Counted from the stretch's first letter, positions 10,279 to 21,306 are shown. The stretch is 64,000 bases of DNA from Bacteroidota bacterium (GCA_024280155.1 JAJRQQ010000025.1:8090-72089), one strand, 5' to 3'. Numbers and translations are program-made. The notes: generated by a model from the sequence alone, not told the origin.

Positions 10279-12159
10279 ATGAATTATTTATCGATAGAGA
10301 ATTTAACAAAATCATTTGGGGATAGAATTATCTTTGAAGATTTAACATTTGGTATTGACCAAGGACAGAAAGTAGCCATTGTTGCAAAGAATGGAAGTGG
10401 GAAAACAACTCTACTTCGTTGCTTAATTGGTGAGGAACAGTATGATGAAGGACGCATTGTTTTTCGCAAGGATCTCCGCATTATTTTTATGCAACAGAAT
10501 GAGAACTTGAATGGATCCAATACCATTCTTGAAGAAGTATTCTCTCATGACTTACCCGAACTTAAAGCGGTAAAAGAATACAATTACGCAATGCGAATGG
10601 AGGATGAAGATCTCATTGGTGCGTCTTTCGAAGCAATCACCGAATTAAATGCTTGGGATATTGAAGCGAGAGTGAATCAAATCCTTTCTGTTCTTAAATT
10701 AGATGATACAACTAAGATGGTCAGTGAACTGTCTGGTGGTCAAAAAAAACGTGTTGCTTTGGCAAAAGTTTTGGTAGCAGATTGTGATTTTTTAATTCTT
10801 GATGAGCCAACCAATCATTTAGATTTAGATATGATCGAGTGGTTGGAAGATTACCTTTCAAAATCGAAATCAACCATATTAATGGTGACGCATGATCGTT
10901 ATTTCTTGGAAGTTGTTTGTGATACTATTCTTGAATTAGAAGATAAAACGATTTATAAATACAAAGGAAATTTTTCTTATTATCTAGAGAAAAAAGCAGA
11001 GCGAAACGAGCAAAGAGATGCAACAATTGGTAAAGCTAAAAATCAGTTTAGAAAAGAACTGGATTGGATGCGTCGTCAACCCAAAGCAAGAGGAACAAAG
11101 CAGAAAGCTAGAATTGAAGCATTTCACGATACCAAAAAGGTAGCTAAGCAGCATATTGACCGAAGTGAACTTGAAATTCCTGTTAAAATGGCACGTTTAG
11201 GTTCTAAAATTCTCGAAATGCATAAAGTGGGAAAATCATTTGATGATTTAAAAATTTTAGAAAATTTCAACTACACTTTTAAACGGAATGAACGATTAGG
11301 AATTGTTGGAAAAAATGGTGCAGGGAAGTCAACTTTTTTGAACATGATTCTTGGTCTTGAAAAAATTGATAAAGGGAAAATAGCTACTGGAGAAACGGTT
11401 GTTTTTGGTTATTACAGTCAAGAATTACTAAAGGTTAAGGATGAAAGTAAAAAAGTCATAGATGTTATCCGTGATATTGCTGAATTTATTCCGTTAGAAA
11501 AAGGTCGTCAAATGTCAGCAGCTCAGTTTTTAGAGAAATTTTTATTCCCACGCTCTATGCACTATAATTTTGTGCATAAATTAAGTGGTGGAGAGAAACG
11601 CCGTTTGAAATTGATGACAATTTTGATGCAGAATCCTAATTTCTTAATCCTTGATGAGCCAACAAATGATTTGGATATATTTGTGATGAGCGTTCTTGAA
11701 GAATACTTACGTGGATTTGAAGGTTGCTTGATTGTAGTTTCTCATGATAGATAGTTCATGGATAAAATGGTTGATCATTTATTCGTTTTTGAAGGAAATG
11801 CAGAGATCAAAGATTTGACGGGGAATTATACTGCTTATCGTCAGCAAATGCTGAAAACGAAGAAAAATAACATTTCTGATGCGAAAGAAAAAATAAAAGT
11901 TTCTACGCTTAGTACTGTTACTGTTGTTAAAGAGCCTGAAAAAAAAGTAAAATTATCTTACAAAGAAAAAGCTGAATTTGATTCTTTGGAAAAAGATATG
12001 GAAACTTTAGAAATAGAGAAAGATAAATTATCTGTGATTCTCTCTAATCCTTCCTCTGATAATGATGCACTGATGATTGCAGGAAAGAGATTGTCGGTTG
12101 TTGTAAAAGAAATTGAAGAGAAAACAGACAGGTGGTTGGAGTTGAGTGAATACGTGTAG
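10279..12159 (+). pseudogene. ABC-F family ATPase (Uup/EttA-like, two NBDs plus C-terminal coiled coil) with in-frame TAG
   Basis: Two Walker A motifs (KNGSGKTT, KNGAGKST), two LSGG signatures (LSGGQKKR, LSGGEKRR) and HDRYF after NBD1. After NBD2 the sequence reads VSHDR-TAG-FMDKMVDHLFVFEG with TAG at 11752-11754, and ORF 11758-12159 is in the same frame. Confidence 0.85.
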
Positions 12160-12298
12160 TATTTAGGTCAATTAAATATTCACTCGATAAGTTCGCCTTA
12201 GTGGTGTTTTCTTTACTGTTTTTTACATCATTTAAAAAATAATTTTGTGTAACTCGATTTTATTCAATAACTTACGGGTGAACCTAAAATTATTTACT

Positions 12299-12658
12299 AT
12301 GTATTACTCAAAAAATGAGCTCACGTTCTTGTACAATAAGAATAAAGAGTTAGATCGAAAAGCCTTAGCAATGGCGCATACACTTGGTGTTAAAATCAAT
12401 CGACAAGAATTATCAACGGTACGTATTTCAGAGTCTTTGTTTGTACTTTTTTTAGAGAAACTGAAAACAGAACCGAAATCAATAGTAGATAAATCAAGCC
12501 CATATTACCAGAAGGAGTTAAGAGGTCGAGATTTTAATATGCAAGAATGGTATCAAATCATAAAGCGTAAACCAAGGTTATTAAAAGCTCCTTTGGCAAT
12601 GTACAAAGGCAAGGTGACTATTTGTCAATCTCCTAATGATATTCTAAGATTGGTATAG
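12299..12658 (+). CDS. ArsC/Spx-family-like thioredoxin-fold protein (tentative)
   Basis: ATG at 12299. The size (~119 aa) and the C-terminal pattern KPRLLKAPLAMYKGKVTICQSPNDIL resemble the ArsC/Spx family, but there is no N-terminal Cys. Confidence 0.35.
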   Translation: MYYSKNELTFLYNKNKELDRKALAMAHTLGVKINRQELSTVRISESLFVLFLEKLKTEPKSIVDKSSPYYQKELRGRDFNMQEWYQIIKRKPRLLKAPLAMYKGKVTICQSPNDILRLV

Positions 12659-12673
12659 AAAGTATTGTAAACA

Positions 12674-12702
12674 AACAATGCGCATCATAAATGCGCATTG
12701 TT
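12674..12702. terminator. bidirectional hairpin terminator between convergent genes
   Basis: aacaatgcgcat-cataa-atgcgcattgtt is a 12 bp perfect stem, A-rich on the left and T-rich on the right. Confidence 0.7.
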
Positions 12703-12954
12703 AATATTATTTTGAGAAAAATTAAGGTTTTTTCTTACTGCAACATGACTTTGTTGTAGTAGAACCGTTTGTACTTCCACAAGATTTAGTTTCTGTTTTC
12801 GTAGTACAAGATTTTTTCTTCTTCTTTTTCTTTTTCTTTTTTTGTCGTCGTCTTGACTGATTTCCGTGTTAGTATCTGAGTTTGAAGCAAAAACACTTGG
12901 CGCAAAAGTTCCAACAAATAATAATAGGGTAAGGGATAAAAATAATTTTTTCAT
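12685..12954 (-). CDS. small secreted, extremely basic protein; probable frameshift, true stop likely at 12722
   Basis: Signal peptide MKKLFLSLTLLLFVGTFAPSVFA, then DDDKKRKRKRRRK. As written the ORF tail is encoded by the terminator hairpin. One extra A in the coding A6 run (plus T run 12812-12817) gives ...KKSCTTKTETKSCGSTNGSTTTKSCCSKKKP and stops upstream of the hairpin. Confidence 0.45.
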   Translation of the reverse strand: MKKLFLSLTLLLFVGTFAPSVFASNSDTNTEISQDDDKKRKRKRRRKNLVLRKQKLNLVEVQTVLLQQSHVAVRKNLNFSQNNINNAHL

Positions 12955-12992
12955 AATTGATTGTTTAATTAATGTAGTCGAAACTACGAAAA

Positions 12993-13658
12993 TTAAATGA
13001 GTTCACCAAGTTTTGTTAAACGACCTTGGACAATATCTCCGATTTTAACATTTATTTTAGTTTCTAGAGGAAGATAAATGTCAATTCGAGATCCAAATTT
13101 AATAAAACCGAATTCTTCTGCTGTTGTGACTTTTTGGTTTGGTTTTACATAGTAACAGATTCTTCGAGCAACTGCACCCGCAACTTGTCTAAATAAAACC
13201 TCCTGACCATTCTCGTGTTCAATTACAAAAGTTGATCGTTCGTTGTCGGTACTACTTTTAGGGTGCCAAGCAACAAGAAACAATCCTTTGTGGTACTTTA
13301 CATATTTTATTATACCAGAAATAGGATTGTAATTCGCATGCACATTCATAGGAGACATGAAAACAGAAATCTGAATTCTTTTATCTTTAAAATACTCTGT
13401 TTCTTCAACTTCTTCAATAACCACAACTTTACCGTCCGCTGGACAAATTACGTCGTTGATTTCAAAATTGGGTGTTCTATTAGGGATTCTAAAAAATTGA
13501 ACGACTAAATAAAACATTACTAAAACTCCAATTGTCAATAATATGTATAGCCATAACCACCCTAATGTATCATATAAAAAGTAATTCCCAATTTGGATTG
13601 CTCCAAGAATTAATGTTGCTAATAGAATGATTAGATATCCTTCTCTGTGAATTTTCAT
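12993..13658 (-). CDS. psd: phosphatidylserine decarboxylase proenzyme
   Basis: 221 aa with an N-terminal TM and a GS self-cleavage motif in GFIKFGSRIDIYLP. It lies next to cdsA. Confidence 0.9.
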   Translation of the reverse strand: MKIHREGYLIILLATLILGAIQIGNYFLYDTLGWLWLYILLTIGVLVMFYLVVQFFRIPNRTPNFEINDVICPADGKVVVIEEVEETEYFKDKRIQISVFMSPMNVHANYNPISGIIKYVKYHKGLFLVAWHPKSSTDNERSTFVIEHENGQEVLFRQVAGAVARRICYYVKPNQKVTTAEEFGFIKFGSRIDIYLPLETKINVKIGDIVQGRLTKLGELI

Positions 13659-13671
13659 TTTTTTTATTTTT

Positions 13672-14487
13672 TCAAAAATACGTATAAATTAATATCCACG
13701 CTAAGAAAAATGGAATTGTAAAAATAGTTGCATCAAAACGATCTAGAATCCCACCATGTCCAGGCATAATTGAACCGGTATCCTTAACTCCAGTATTCCT
13801 TTTAAACATTGATTCAAGCAAGTCGCCATAGATAGAAGTGGGGGCAATGATTAATGCAGAAACTATCCAGAATAAAAGATGTCCATGGTCGAATATTGTT
13901 CCGATAACTATTGAGGCAAGTATTGTGAAAATGATACCACCAATGGTACCTTCCCATGTTTTGTTTGGGGATATTCGTTCGATTAGTTTCGTTTTACCAA
14001 AGAATTTTCCAGAAAGAAAAGCAAAGGTATCATTCATCCAAATCAATAAAAACATACCTGCGAGTAGGGGGAAGGACGAATTATCTTCTTGCACTATATA
14101 TATTAATAGAATAAAAGGAAGAACAACGTATAGAAGCCCCAATCCTAATATAGCAATATTAAATAATGGATTTTTTGCTTTTCTCCAAATCTCAAAAATG
14201 AATAATTTCATAATGAGAGGAGGAATGAGAAGGAGAGCTATAAAAGGCAATAAGTTAAATATAACAAGGACAGAGATTCCGAAAATCAATACACCTACCG
14301 TTGTTCCAATTTTCCAAGAGATAGAAATATGTTCATTCTTGTCAAATAGTTTATAGAATTCAATTAATCCCAAAACCATAAATATTGAAAATACAACTGT
14401 TGCAATTTCTTTCGAAAAGAATAGTGGGACTAAAATTAGCGCAACAAAAACAGCACCCGATAAACTTCTGACAAGAATATTATTCAT
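13672..14487 (-). CDS. cdsA: phosphatidate cytidylyltransferase
   Basis: Polytopic membrane protein with the C-terminal signature SMFKRNTGVKDTGSIMPGHGGILDRFD. Confidence 0.9.
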   Translation of the reverse strand: MNNILVRSLSGAVFVALILVPLFFSKEIATVVFSIFMVLGLIEFYKLFDKNEHISISWKIGTTVGVLIFGISVLVIFNLLPFIALLLIPPLIMKLFIFEIWRKAKNPLFNIAILGLGLLYVVLPFILLIYIVQEDNSSFPLLAGMFLLIWMNDTFAFLSGKFFGKTKLIERISPNKTWEGTIGGIIFTILASIVIGTIFDHGHLLFWIVSALIIAPTSIYGDLLESMFKRNTGVKDTGSIMPGHGGILDRFDATIFTIPFFLAWILIYTYF

Positions 14488-14746
14488 TATTGTTATTATC
14501 GATTATACTTTTTGCTAGTACTTCGTCCTTAATGAATACCTTCAAATATACATATCCAAAAGCATTGTAAGAAGAGTCTCTTTGGTCAATGAATTGAACT
14601 TGAATCCCTTCATCTTCCAATTTCATTTTTAAAATTCGAGCAGAAAATTCATCCGTACCTTTATATACAGTAGCAGTAGTTTCTTCTGGCACTAATTTCG
14701 TTCTAAAATCAATCCACTTTTGTTTGATCTTCTCTAGTAGGCTCAT
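14480..14746 (-). CDS. small DUF2007-like protein
   Basis: 88 aa between ftsH and cdsA, with an alpha/beta pattern (ARILKMKLEDEGIQVQFIDQ). It overlaps the ftsH tail by 38 nt. Confidence 0.4.
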   Translation of the reverse strand: MSLLEKIKQKWIDFRTKLVPEETTATVYKGTDEFSARILKMKLEDEGIQVQFIDQRDSSYNAFGYVYLKVFIKDEVLAKSIIDNNNNE

Positions 14747-16811
14747 TTTTTTCTGTTATTGTTTCTTCAGTTGGTTTTTCTACAGTGACATCTTCACTTT
14801 TCTCAACATCAGGTACTTCTTCTTCGGCTAGTTCTTCTTCAACAGATGTTTTTTCAGTTGTTCCAGTTTTCTTAAAAACAAATTCTTCTTTTTTCCAAGG
14901 TCGTTCTCCGAAAATTTCGATTAAATCTTCTTTGAAGATAACCTCTTTGTCCAGTAGTTTTTCTGCAAGTAAAGTTAGTTTTTCTTTATTGTCTTCAAGA
15001 GTTGTTAAAGCACGTTGATATTGTTCTTCAATTAATTTACTTGCTTCTTGATCTATTATTTTAGCTGTTTCGTCAGAATATGGTTTCGTAAATTGATTAC
15101 CATGTGGGTCATAATATGAGATGTTCCCTATTTTGTCATTCAAACCATAAATAGAAACCATTGCATAAGCTTGTTTTGTAACCTTTTCTAAATCACTCAA
15201 AGCACCTGTACTTATTTTTCCAAAAATAATTCTTTCAGCAGCTCGACCACCTAAAGCACTACACATATCATCTAGGATTTGTTCTGTAGTTGTGATGCTT
15301 CTTTCTTCGGGTAAATACCATGCTGCCCCAAGAGATTGCCCACGAGGGACGATTGTAACTTTCACCAATGGGTGAGCATGTTCTAATAACCAAGAAATTG
15401 TTGCGTGACCTGCTTCGTGAAAAGCAATTGATTTCTTTTCTTCTTTTGTGATGATTTTGTTTTTCTTTTCCAATCCACCAATAATTCGATCAACAGCATC
15501 TAAGAAATCTTGTTTTTCAACTTGTTTCTTTTCTTTTCTAGCCGCAATTAAAGCTGCTTCATTACAGAGGTTTGCAATATCTGCACCGGAGAATCCAGGA
15601 GTTTGTTTGGATAGAAATTCCACATCAATTCCTTCTTCCAGTTTTAATGGTTTTAAGTGGACTTGGAAAATTTCTCTTCTTTCATTCAAATCAGGCATAT
15701 CAACATAAATTTGACGGTCGAAACGCCCCGCACGTGTCAATGCTTTATCTAAAACATCTGCTCTGTTGGTTGCTGCAAGAATAATAACTCCAGAATTTGT
15801 TCCGAAACCATCCATTTCTGTAAGCAATTGATTCAACGTATTTTCACGCTCATCGTTTGAGCCTAAGCCATTGTTTTTACCTCTGGCACGACCAATCGCA
15901 TCAATTTCATCGATAAAAATAATCGAAGGAGCTTTTTCTTTTGCTTGTTTGAAAAGGTCACGAACTCTAGATGCTCCAACTCCTACAAACATTTCTACGA
16001 AATCTGAACCTGAAAGTGAGAAAAAAGGAACTTTAGCCTCACCTGCAACCGCTTTTGCTAAAAGTGTTTTTCCTGTTCCTGGAGGTCCTACGAGTAATGC
16101 TCCTTTTGGAATTTTAGCACCTAAATCTGTGTATTTCTTGGAGTTTTTTAAGAACTCAACAATTTCTTGAACTTCTTCTTTAGCGCCTTCTAATCCTGCT
16201 ACATCCTTGAAAGATATATTGGTTGTTTTTCCGTTTTCGTAGATTTTTGCTTTAGATTTCCCGATGTTGAATATTTGTCCACCACCACCTCCAGCGCCAC
16301 CGCCCATTCTTCTCATGACGAACATGAAAATTGCGAGCAGAATAATAATCGGGAGTAAAAAACCAATAATCTGAGAAATGTAATCTATTTCTTGCACAGG
16401 AATCATTTGAATAGGATTCTTTCCTTGAGCTTTTAATTCTTTATTTAATTCATTTACACGTGTTGAAAAAGCACCTGCATCAAAGATGTCTACAGAAAAG
16501 ACAGGTTTCCCTCCCATTCTGTTTCCTCTGTTGAGCGTTTCTTTCATTGTGGTGAATTCAGGTTCATCAGTGGATTTCACAAATTCAGTACCTTCTGTGT
16601 TTAAATAAAAGTCAACCTTAATACGATTTACCATTTTAACATCCTCTAAATAACCATTCTCAGCTAATTCAAAGAATGTGTCTTCCAATTTTATTGTACC
16701 AGTAGTGTCATTTGACATGAATAATTGAAAGCCTATAATTGCGACACCAATTAGTCCATAAATCCAGTAAATTGAAAAGGGATTTTTCTTGTTATTTTTC
16801 TTTTCTGTCAT
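14709..16811 (-). CDS. ftsH: ATP-dependent zinc metalloprotease FtsH
   Basis: Two TM segments, Walker A GPPGTGKT, Walker B IIFIDEID, an SRH and the zinc motif HEAGHA. Confidence 0.97.
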   Translation of the reverse strand: MTEKKNNKKNPFSIYWIYGLIGVAIIGFQLFMSNDTTGTIKLEDTFFELAENGYLEDVKMVNRIKVDFYLNTEGTEFVKSTDEPEFTTMKETLNRGNRMGGKPVFSVDIFDAGAFSTRVNELNKELKAQGKNPIQMIPVQEIDYISQIIGFLLPIIILLAIFMFVMRRMGGGAGGGGGQIFNIGKSKAKIYENGKTTNISFKDVAGLEGAKEEVQEIVEFLKNSKKYTDLGAKIPKGALLVGPPGTGKTLLAKAVAGEAKVPFFSLSGSDFVEMFVGVGASRVRDLFKQAKEKAPSIIFIDEIDAIGRARGKNNGLGSNDERENTLNQLLTEMDGFGTNSGVIILAATNRADVLDKALTRAGRFDRQIYVDMPDLNERREIFQVHLKPLKLEEGIDVEFLSKQTPGFSGADIANLCNEAALIAARKEKKQVEKQDFLDAVDRIIGGLEKKNKIITKEEKKSIAFHEAGHATISWLLEHAHPLVKVTIVPRGQSLGAAWYLPEERSITTTEQILDDMCSALGGRAAERIIFGKISTGALSDLEKVTKQAYAMVSIYGLNDKIGNISYYDPHGNQFTKPYSDETAKIIDQEASKLIEEQYQRALTTLEDNKEKLTLLAEKLLDKEVIFKEDLIEIFGERPWKKEEFVFKKTGTTEKTSVEEELAEEEVPDVEKSEDVTVEKPTEETITEKNEPTREDQTKVD

Positions 16812-16856
16812 TTTTTTTAATGTTTTTTACGAGAAATTCAATGAGAATTGTGTCGG

Positions 16857-17234
16857 TTAATCTAAATTTGGAATATCTGTTCTTTTTCCATCGGCCCAAA
16901 GGTCTTCGAGGTCATAAAAAGGACGCGTGTCTTTATAGAAAACATGAGCGACAACACTTACATAGTCAATTAGAACCCACTCACTATTGTGTTGCCCTTC
17001 TATTCTCCAAGGTCGTTCACTTAGTTTTTCTCTCGTATATCTTACAAGAGAAGAACTAATACCGTCAACTTGTGTAGATGATTCTCCAGTACAAATTACA
17101 AAAAAGTCGCATACAGCACTTTCAATTTCTCTTAAATCAAGAACAACAATGTCTAATGCTTTGTTTTCTTGCATTCCTTCCACAATGGTGTCACAAAGTT
17201 GTTGCGATTCATTGTTAATTATTTCTTTATTCAT
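16857..17234 (-). CDS. rsfS: ribosome silencing factor RsfS
   Basis: 125 aa with DYVSVVAHVFYKDTRPFYDLEDLW, typical of RsfS. It sits directly upstream of ftsH. Confidence 0.85.
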   Translation of the reverse strand: MNKEIINNESQQLCDTIVEGMQENKALDIVVLDLREIESAVCDFFVICTGESSTQVDGISSSLVRYTREKLSERPWRIEGQHNSEWVLIDYVSVVAHVFYKDTRPFYDLEDLWADGKRTDIPNLD

Positions 17235-17318
17235 TTAGTCTTTTTCTATATTTACAAATCTAATGTTATAATTTAAATAAAACCTTAATTTTACTATTGG
17301 GAATGTTAAAAAAAACCA

Positions 17319-18056
17319 ATGAAAATCGGAAATAAAATAATTCACTTAGATTCAGTTGACTCGACGAGCAATTATATTGCCAATTTACTGAAAACTAAAA
17401 AAGTTGAAAATGGGACGGTTGTTTTGGCAGATAATCAAGTTGATGGAAGAGGGCAAAGAGGTGCTGAGTGGGTTGTAAAGCCTGGTAAAAATATTACTCT
17501 CTCCTTTTTACTTGGAAGCGTCAATCTGTCAGTAGAAGATCAGTTTTTTTTGACAGAATTGGTCTCGTTGACTGTTATTGATCTGTTACAAAAAATGGGT
17601 TTGAAAGCAGAAATCAAATGGCCAAATGATATTTTCGTCAATGGGAAGAGAATCGCAGGTATTTTAATTGAAAATCAGTTAGGGAAATCAATTATAAAAA
17701 GTTCAATTATTGGTATTGGTTTGAATGTAAATCAAACAGAATTTGAAGGATTTGTAGCAACAAGTATAAAAAAAGAAACCAATCAGTTCAGGGGATTGAT
17801 GGATGTGATTTTTAGTTTCATTGAATCATTCAATCAACTTTCTGCCCGGTATTCTATCCATCAAAGAGATGAAATTCACAAAGAATATTTATCAAACCTT
17901 TTTTTATTCAATATAGTATCTACTTTCGAAGATGACTCAGGAGTGTTTCTGGGGAAAATTATCGATGTTCAAACAACTGGTCAGCTAATTATTGAAAGCG
18001 AATGGGGCAAAAAGGAATATAATTTAAAGGAAATAAGTTTTTTAAAAAAAGATTGA
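17319..18056 (+). CDS. birA: biotin--[acetyl-CoA-carboxylase] ligase
   Basis: GRGQRGAEW (the GRGRxGRxW-type motif) and KWPNDI. At 245 aa it has no N-terminal HTH. Confidence 0.85.
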   Translation: MKIGNKIIHLDSVDSTSNYIANLLKTKKVENGTVVLADNQVDGRGQRGAEWVVKPGKNITLSFLLGSVNLSVEDQFFLTELVSLTVIDLLQKMGLKAEIKWPNDIFVNGKRIAGILIENQLGKSIIKSSIIGIGLNVNQTEFEGFVATSIKKETNQFRGLMDVIFSFIESFNQLSARYSIHQRDEIHKEYLSNLFLFNIVSTFEDDSGVFLGKIIDVQTTGQLIIESEWGKKEYNLKEISFLKKD

Positions 18057-18066
18057 TTTTTCTTTA

Positions 18067-18462
18067 TTATTTGAAACGTTCCTCTAATTTTTTCGACATA
18101 TAATTAAAGAGATTTCTTAGAGGTTTTTCCACCATCATTTTTAGGAACGCATTAACTTTCCCATCGAAATGAATAAACCCTTCAGTGCCTGCTTCCAGTT
18201 CTGTTAAATTGATTGTTAAATCAAAAGGAAAAGGAGATTTTTCACCAGATTTTAAAAATAATTTATCTTCTTCAAATCCATTTTCAATCAGAGAAATAAT
18301 GATTCCACCCTGTACTTTAAAAGAACATTGAGTTTCATCGGATTTAAAATCCGAAATATTATCTTGAGGCAATAAATGAATTAAATTATTTGCATCTTTA
18401 AGGAAATCGATGATTTCAGGTTTTGATGCATTTACAATTACTTTTTCGCTATCTAGTGTCAT
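18067..18462 (-). CDS. conserved hypothetical, SRPBCC-like fold guess
   Basis: 131 aa soluble ORF with no diagnostic motif. The call rests on size and alpha+beta character only. Confidence 0.3.
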   Translation of the reverse strand: MTLDSEKVIVNASKPEIIDFLKDANNLIHLLPQDNISDFKSDETQCSFKVQGGIIISLIENGFEEDKLFLKSGEKSPFPFDLTINLTELEAGTEGFIHFDGKVNAFLKMMVEKPLRNLFNYMSKKLEERFK

Positions 18463-18466
18463 ATTT

Positions 18467-19108
18467 TTATTTTTTCCATTCTTTAGGATTCATTCTCCAT
18501 TCTTGAAGAGAACTCAATTCATGGCTAGAGATTAAATTACTCTCCAAAGCTTTCTCTAACATTGTTTCGTAATTAGTTAATGTAACGTAAGGACATTCTG
18601 CGTCTGCAAAATTCTTATGTGCCATATCAAAACCATACGTGAAAATTGCGACCAATCCTTTGACATCTAGTTTAGCTTCTCTTAAAGCTTCAATCGCTTT
18701 CAGACTTGAACCTCCTGTTGAAATTAAATCTTCAATAACAACTACCTTTTGACCTTCTTCGAAGTAACCTTCAACTTGATTTCCCATTCCGTGAGCTTTT
18801 GCACCGCTTCGAACATAAATGAATGGTAGACCTAATTCTTGCGCAACGAGAGCTCCTTGTGCTATTCCGCCTGTTGCAACTCCTGCAATTACATCTGGCC
18901 TTCCAAAATGCTCAACGATACTCTCAGCATAGCTTTGTCTTAAAAAAGTCCTAATACTTGGGTAAGAGAGCGTTACGCGATTATCACAATAAATTGGAGA
19001 TTTAATTCCTGATGCCCAAGTGAAAGGTTTCAAAGGACTTAATTTAATTGCTTTGCATTGTAACAAAAATTCTGCTACTTTTAGGGCTTTATCTTCATTT
19101 AAAATCAT
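18467..19108 (-). CDS. pyrE: orotate phosphoribosyltransferase
   Basis: PRPP-binding loop VVVIEDLISTGGS; 213 aa. Confidence 0.92.
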   Translation of the reverse strand: MILNEDKALKVAEFLLQCKAIKLSPLKPFTWASGIKSPIYCDNRVTLSYPSIRTFLRQSYAESIVEHFGRPDVIAGVATGGIAQGALVAQELGLPFIYVRSGAKAHGMGNQVEGYFEEGQKVVVIEDLISTGGSSLKAIEALREAKLDVKGLVAIFTYGFDMAHKNFADAECPYVTLTNYETMLEKALESNLISSHELSSLQEWRMNPKEWKK

Positions 19109-19116
19109 GACGACAA

Positions 19117-19743
19117 ATGTACAAAGTTTTTATAGATCATAAACCAATAATTCTCCTTAAAAAATCAAAAAAGGATAAAAATCTTCCTTCTGTTTCTGCA
19201 AAAAAAGTAAATGATATAATTGAAGATATTTCACCACTTCTAAAAAAGGTAACAATTGATAAACCGTTACAAGTCATTTGTAAAGATCCAAAAGTAGAAT
19301 TTAAACGATTATTTATCGATTTTAAGAAAGTAACAGCAGCAGGTGGGTTAGTGAAAGGGGATGATGGCTATTTATTGATTTTCAGAAATGGACTGTGGGA
19401 TATTCCAAAAGGGAAAATGGAAAAGGGTGAAGATGAAGAAGAAACAGCAGTTCGTGAAATTGAAGAAGAATGTGGAATAAAAGCTGTACTCGAGGACTTA
19501 ATCGTTAAAACATATCATACTTATTTGTTCAAAAAGAAAAAAGTATTGAAAGTGACCTATTGGTATTTGCTCTTTTATTATGGGAATAAGAAACTCATTC
19601 CGCAAACTGATGAAGGGATTACAGATGTGAAATGGGCAAATCAAGATGAATTGTTTGCCATACGAGGGAAAACCTATGGTTCTGTGAATGAAGTTTTAGA
19701 TGCTTTTAAAGAAACTTATTCTGAAGAACTATTCGGAGAATAA
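19117..19743 (+). CDS. NUDIX hydrolase
   Basis: Nudix box GKMEKGEDEEETAVREIEEECGI. Confidence 0.85.
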   Translation: MYKVFIDHKPIILLKKSKKDKNLPSVSAKKVNDIIEDISPLLKKVTIDKPLQVICKDPKVEFKRLFIDFKKVTAAGGLVKGDDGYLLIFRNGLWDIPKGKMEKGEDEEETAVREIEEECGIKAVLEDLIVKTYHTYLFKKKKVLKVTYWYLLFYYGNKKLIPQTDEGITDVKWANQDELFAIRGKTYGSVNEVLDAFKETYSEELFGE

Positions 19744-21176
19744 AGAATCAAAGCAATGAATAAAATCCCGAGATAAGCAGGGATTCTGTATCGAACTATT
19801 GCCCCAAGAACGGGAGTTGTCCAGCCGATAAGTAATGATAAAAGGATAACGAAAATTGATAGTGTGAAAATGATATTTTTCTCTTTTTTTGAGAGAGCTT
19901 TACGTTTAATAATCGCTAAAATAAGAAAGGTGAAAAGTATCCATGTTTCAATCACTGCTGGAAATTTCAACCAACTTCCTTTGTCATTGATGTAAGGTCT
20001 AAACAGAGAGTTAAGAAGTGCTTCTGGAATATTCTTGATTAACTGAATAGGAGAGTTTTCTATAGGAGTTATTTCAATATAACCAGTATTGTATGTATTC
20101 ATGAAGTGAATCTTCCATTTTTGAGTGCTTGCTTTTAAAAAAATAGGTTGTGGTTGCTCAATTGAACCGTGCTGTAATATTTCAGCTTGAACGTCTTTTA
20201 TTACTTGAACAGAATCACCCTCAATTTTAATAGAATTATACTGTTCTGGTTTGAAAAAGTAAAAAACTTCACCAGTATCTACATGGATACCTCCTTTGGA
20301 AATATTCACGAAATCATATTGTTTTCTCGATAAATATTGAGTAATTTTAAGTGTAGTTTTGTTAAAAATTAAAGGTAAAATCGATGCAAAGAGTAAAACT
20401 ATTATGACTTTAAGTATTCTATTTTTCAATGAAATTAACGTATAAAGAAAATAAGTGATTAAGCTGATTATAAGAATAATAAAAACATAAGGCTTGAATC
20501 CAACTAGGAAAATAATTCCGATTAATCCAAACTTAATCTTAGTTCGAAAAGAAGATTTTTCAAGTAAGACTCTAAAAATAAAAGATAAACCCAAAATCAT
20601 TAGGGGTTCTTTCAAAACACTTGATGACCAGAATAAAACACTTGGAAAAAGAACTAAAATCCAAAATAGTTTTTTCTTATTCAAGCTGACATAATTTTGC
20701 AATCCGAGATAAAAGTTTTTTATACTAAAAACTGTAATGAAACAAGTTGTAATGATATGAATGTATGCATTGTTAAAGCTGAAAAAGTGAATCAAACTAT
20801 GAAATCTAAGTAAGTTTCTGTTGTCGTTGAGTATGGTTTGAGAACCAGCGTCCCAATGGGAAGTGTTTTCTAAATAGTGATGAACCTCAATCTCAGAAAC
20901 ATTGAAACCGAAAAGAAACCTAAAGTAATCAATGGGGGACTCATAAAAAACATCATTTAATACTTTACTTTCATTCAAGAATTGTCCAGCGTCTGCACTT
21001 AAATTCCCTCCACCATAGTGGTAAGTGTATATTAAAAGGAAAATAAGACCACTCAAAACTTTGACGAGATAAGAAATAGGAAGATACGAATTTGGTATGC
21101 CATCTATTTGAAATAATTTTACATACCTAAGTAGAAGGAAGAAAATAATGAACAATAAGAGGGGGTATAGAATCAT
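19716..21176 (-). CDS. polytopic integral membrane protein, unknown function
   Basis: At least 10 hydrophobic helices plus one large loop. ATG at 21176 (MILYPLLLFIIFF); the track ORF starts at an upstream TTG. Confidence 0.5.
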   Translation of the reverse strand: MILYPLLLFIIFFLLLRYVKLFQIDGIPNSYLPISYLVKVLSGLIFLLIYTYHYGGGNLSADAGQFLNESKVLNDVFYESPIDYFRFLFGFNVSEIEVHHYLENTSHWDAGSQTILNDNRNLLRFHSLIHFFSFNNAYIHIITTCFITVFSIKNFYLGLQNYVSLNKKKLFWILVLFPSVLFWSSSVLKEPLMILGLSFIFRVLLEKSSFRTKIKFGLIGIIFLVGFKPYVFIILIISLITYFLYTLISLKNRILKVIIVLLFASILPLIFNKTTLKITQYLSRKQYDFVNISKGGIHVDTGEVFYFFKPEQYNSIKIEGDSVQVIKDVQAEILQHGSIEQPQPIFLKASTQKWKIHFMNTYNTGYIEITPIENSPIQLIKNIPEALLNSLFRPYINDKGSWLKFPAVIETWILFTFLILAIIKRKALSKKEKNIIFTLSIFVILLSLLIGWTTPVLGAIVRYRIPAYLGILFIALILYSPNSSSE

Positions 21177-21306
21177 TCTTCGTTTAAAAATATTGTTTCT
21201 GTCATTCTGACCCGCATTCAAGACACTTTGTCATAAAAAAGTTGATGGCATAGTGATTGACTTAATCAGAATTCAAAATATAAAGTTCAAAAATAAATAA
21301 AGAAAT

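Noticed and set aside
13838-14356. Long antisense ORFs. This one lies opposite cdsA. Others are 7680-7976, 15871-16170, 21773-22114, 22556-22930, 34982-35257 and 48634-48873.
   Set aside because: All lie wholly inside strongly supported genes on the other strand and have low-complexity or odd composition with no motifs. They are shadow ORFs typical of AT-rich DNA.
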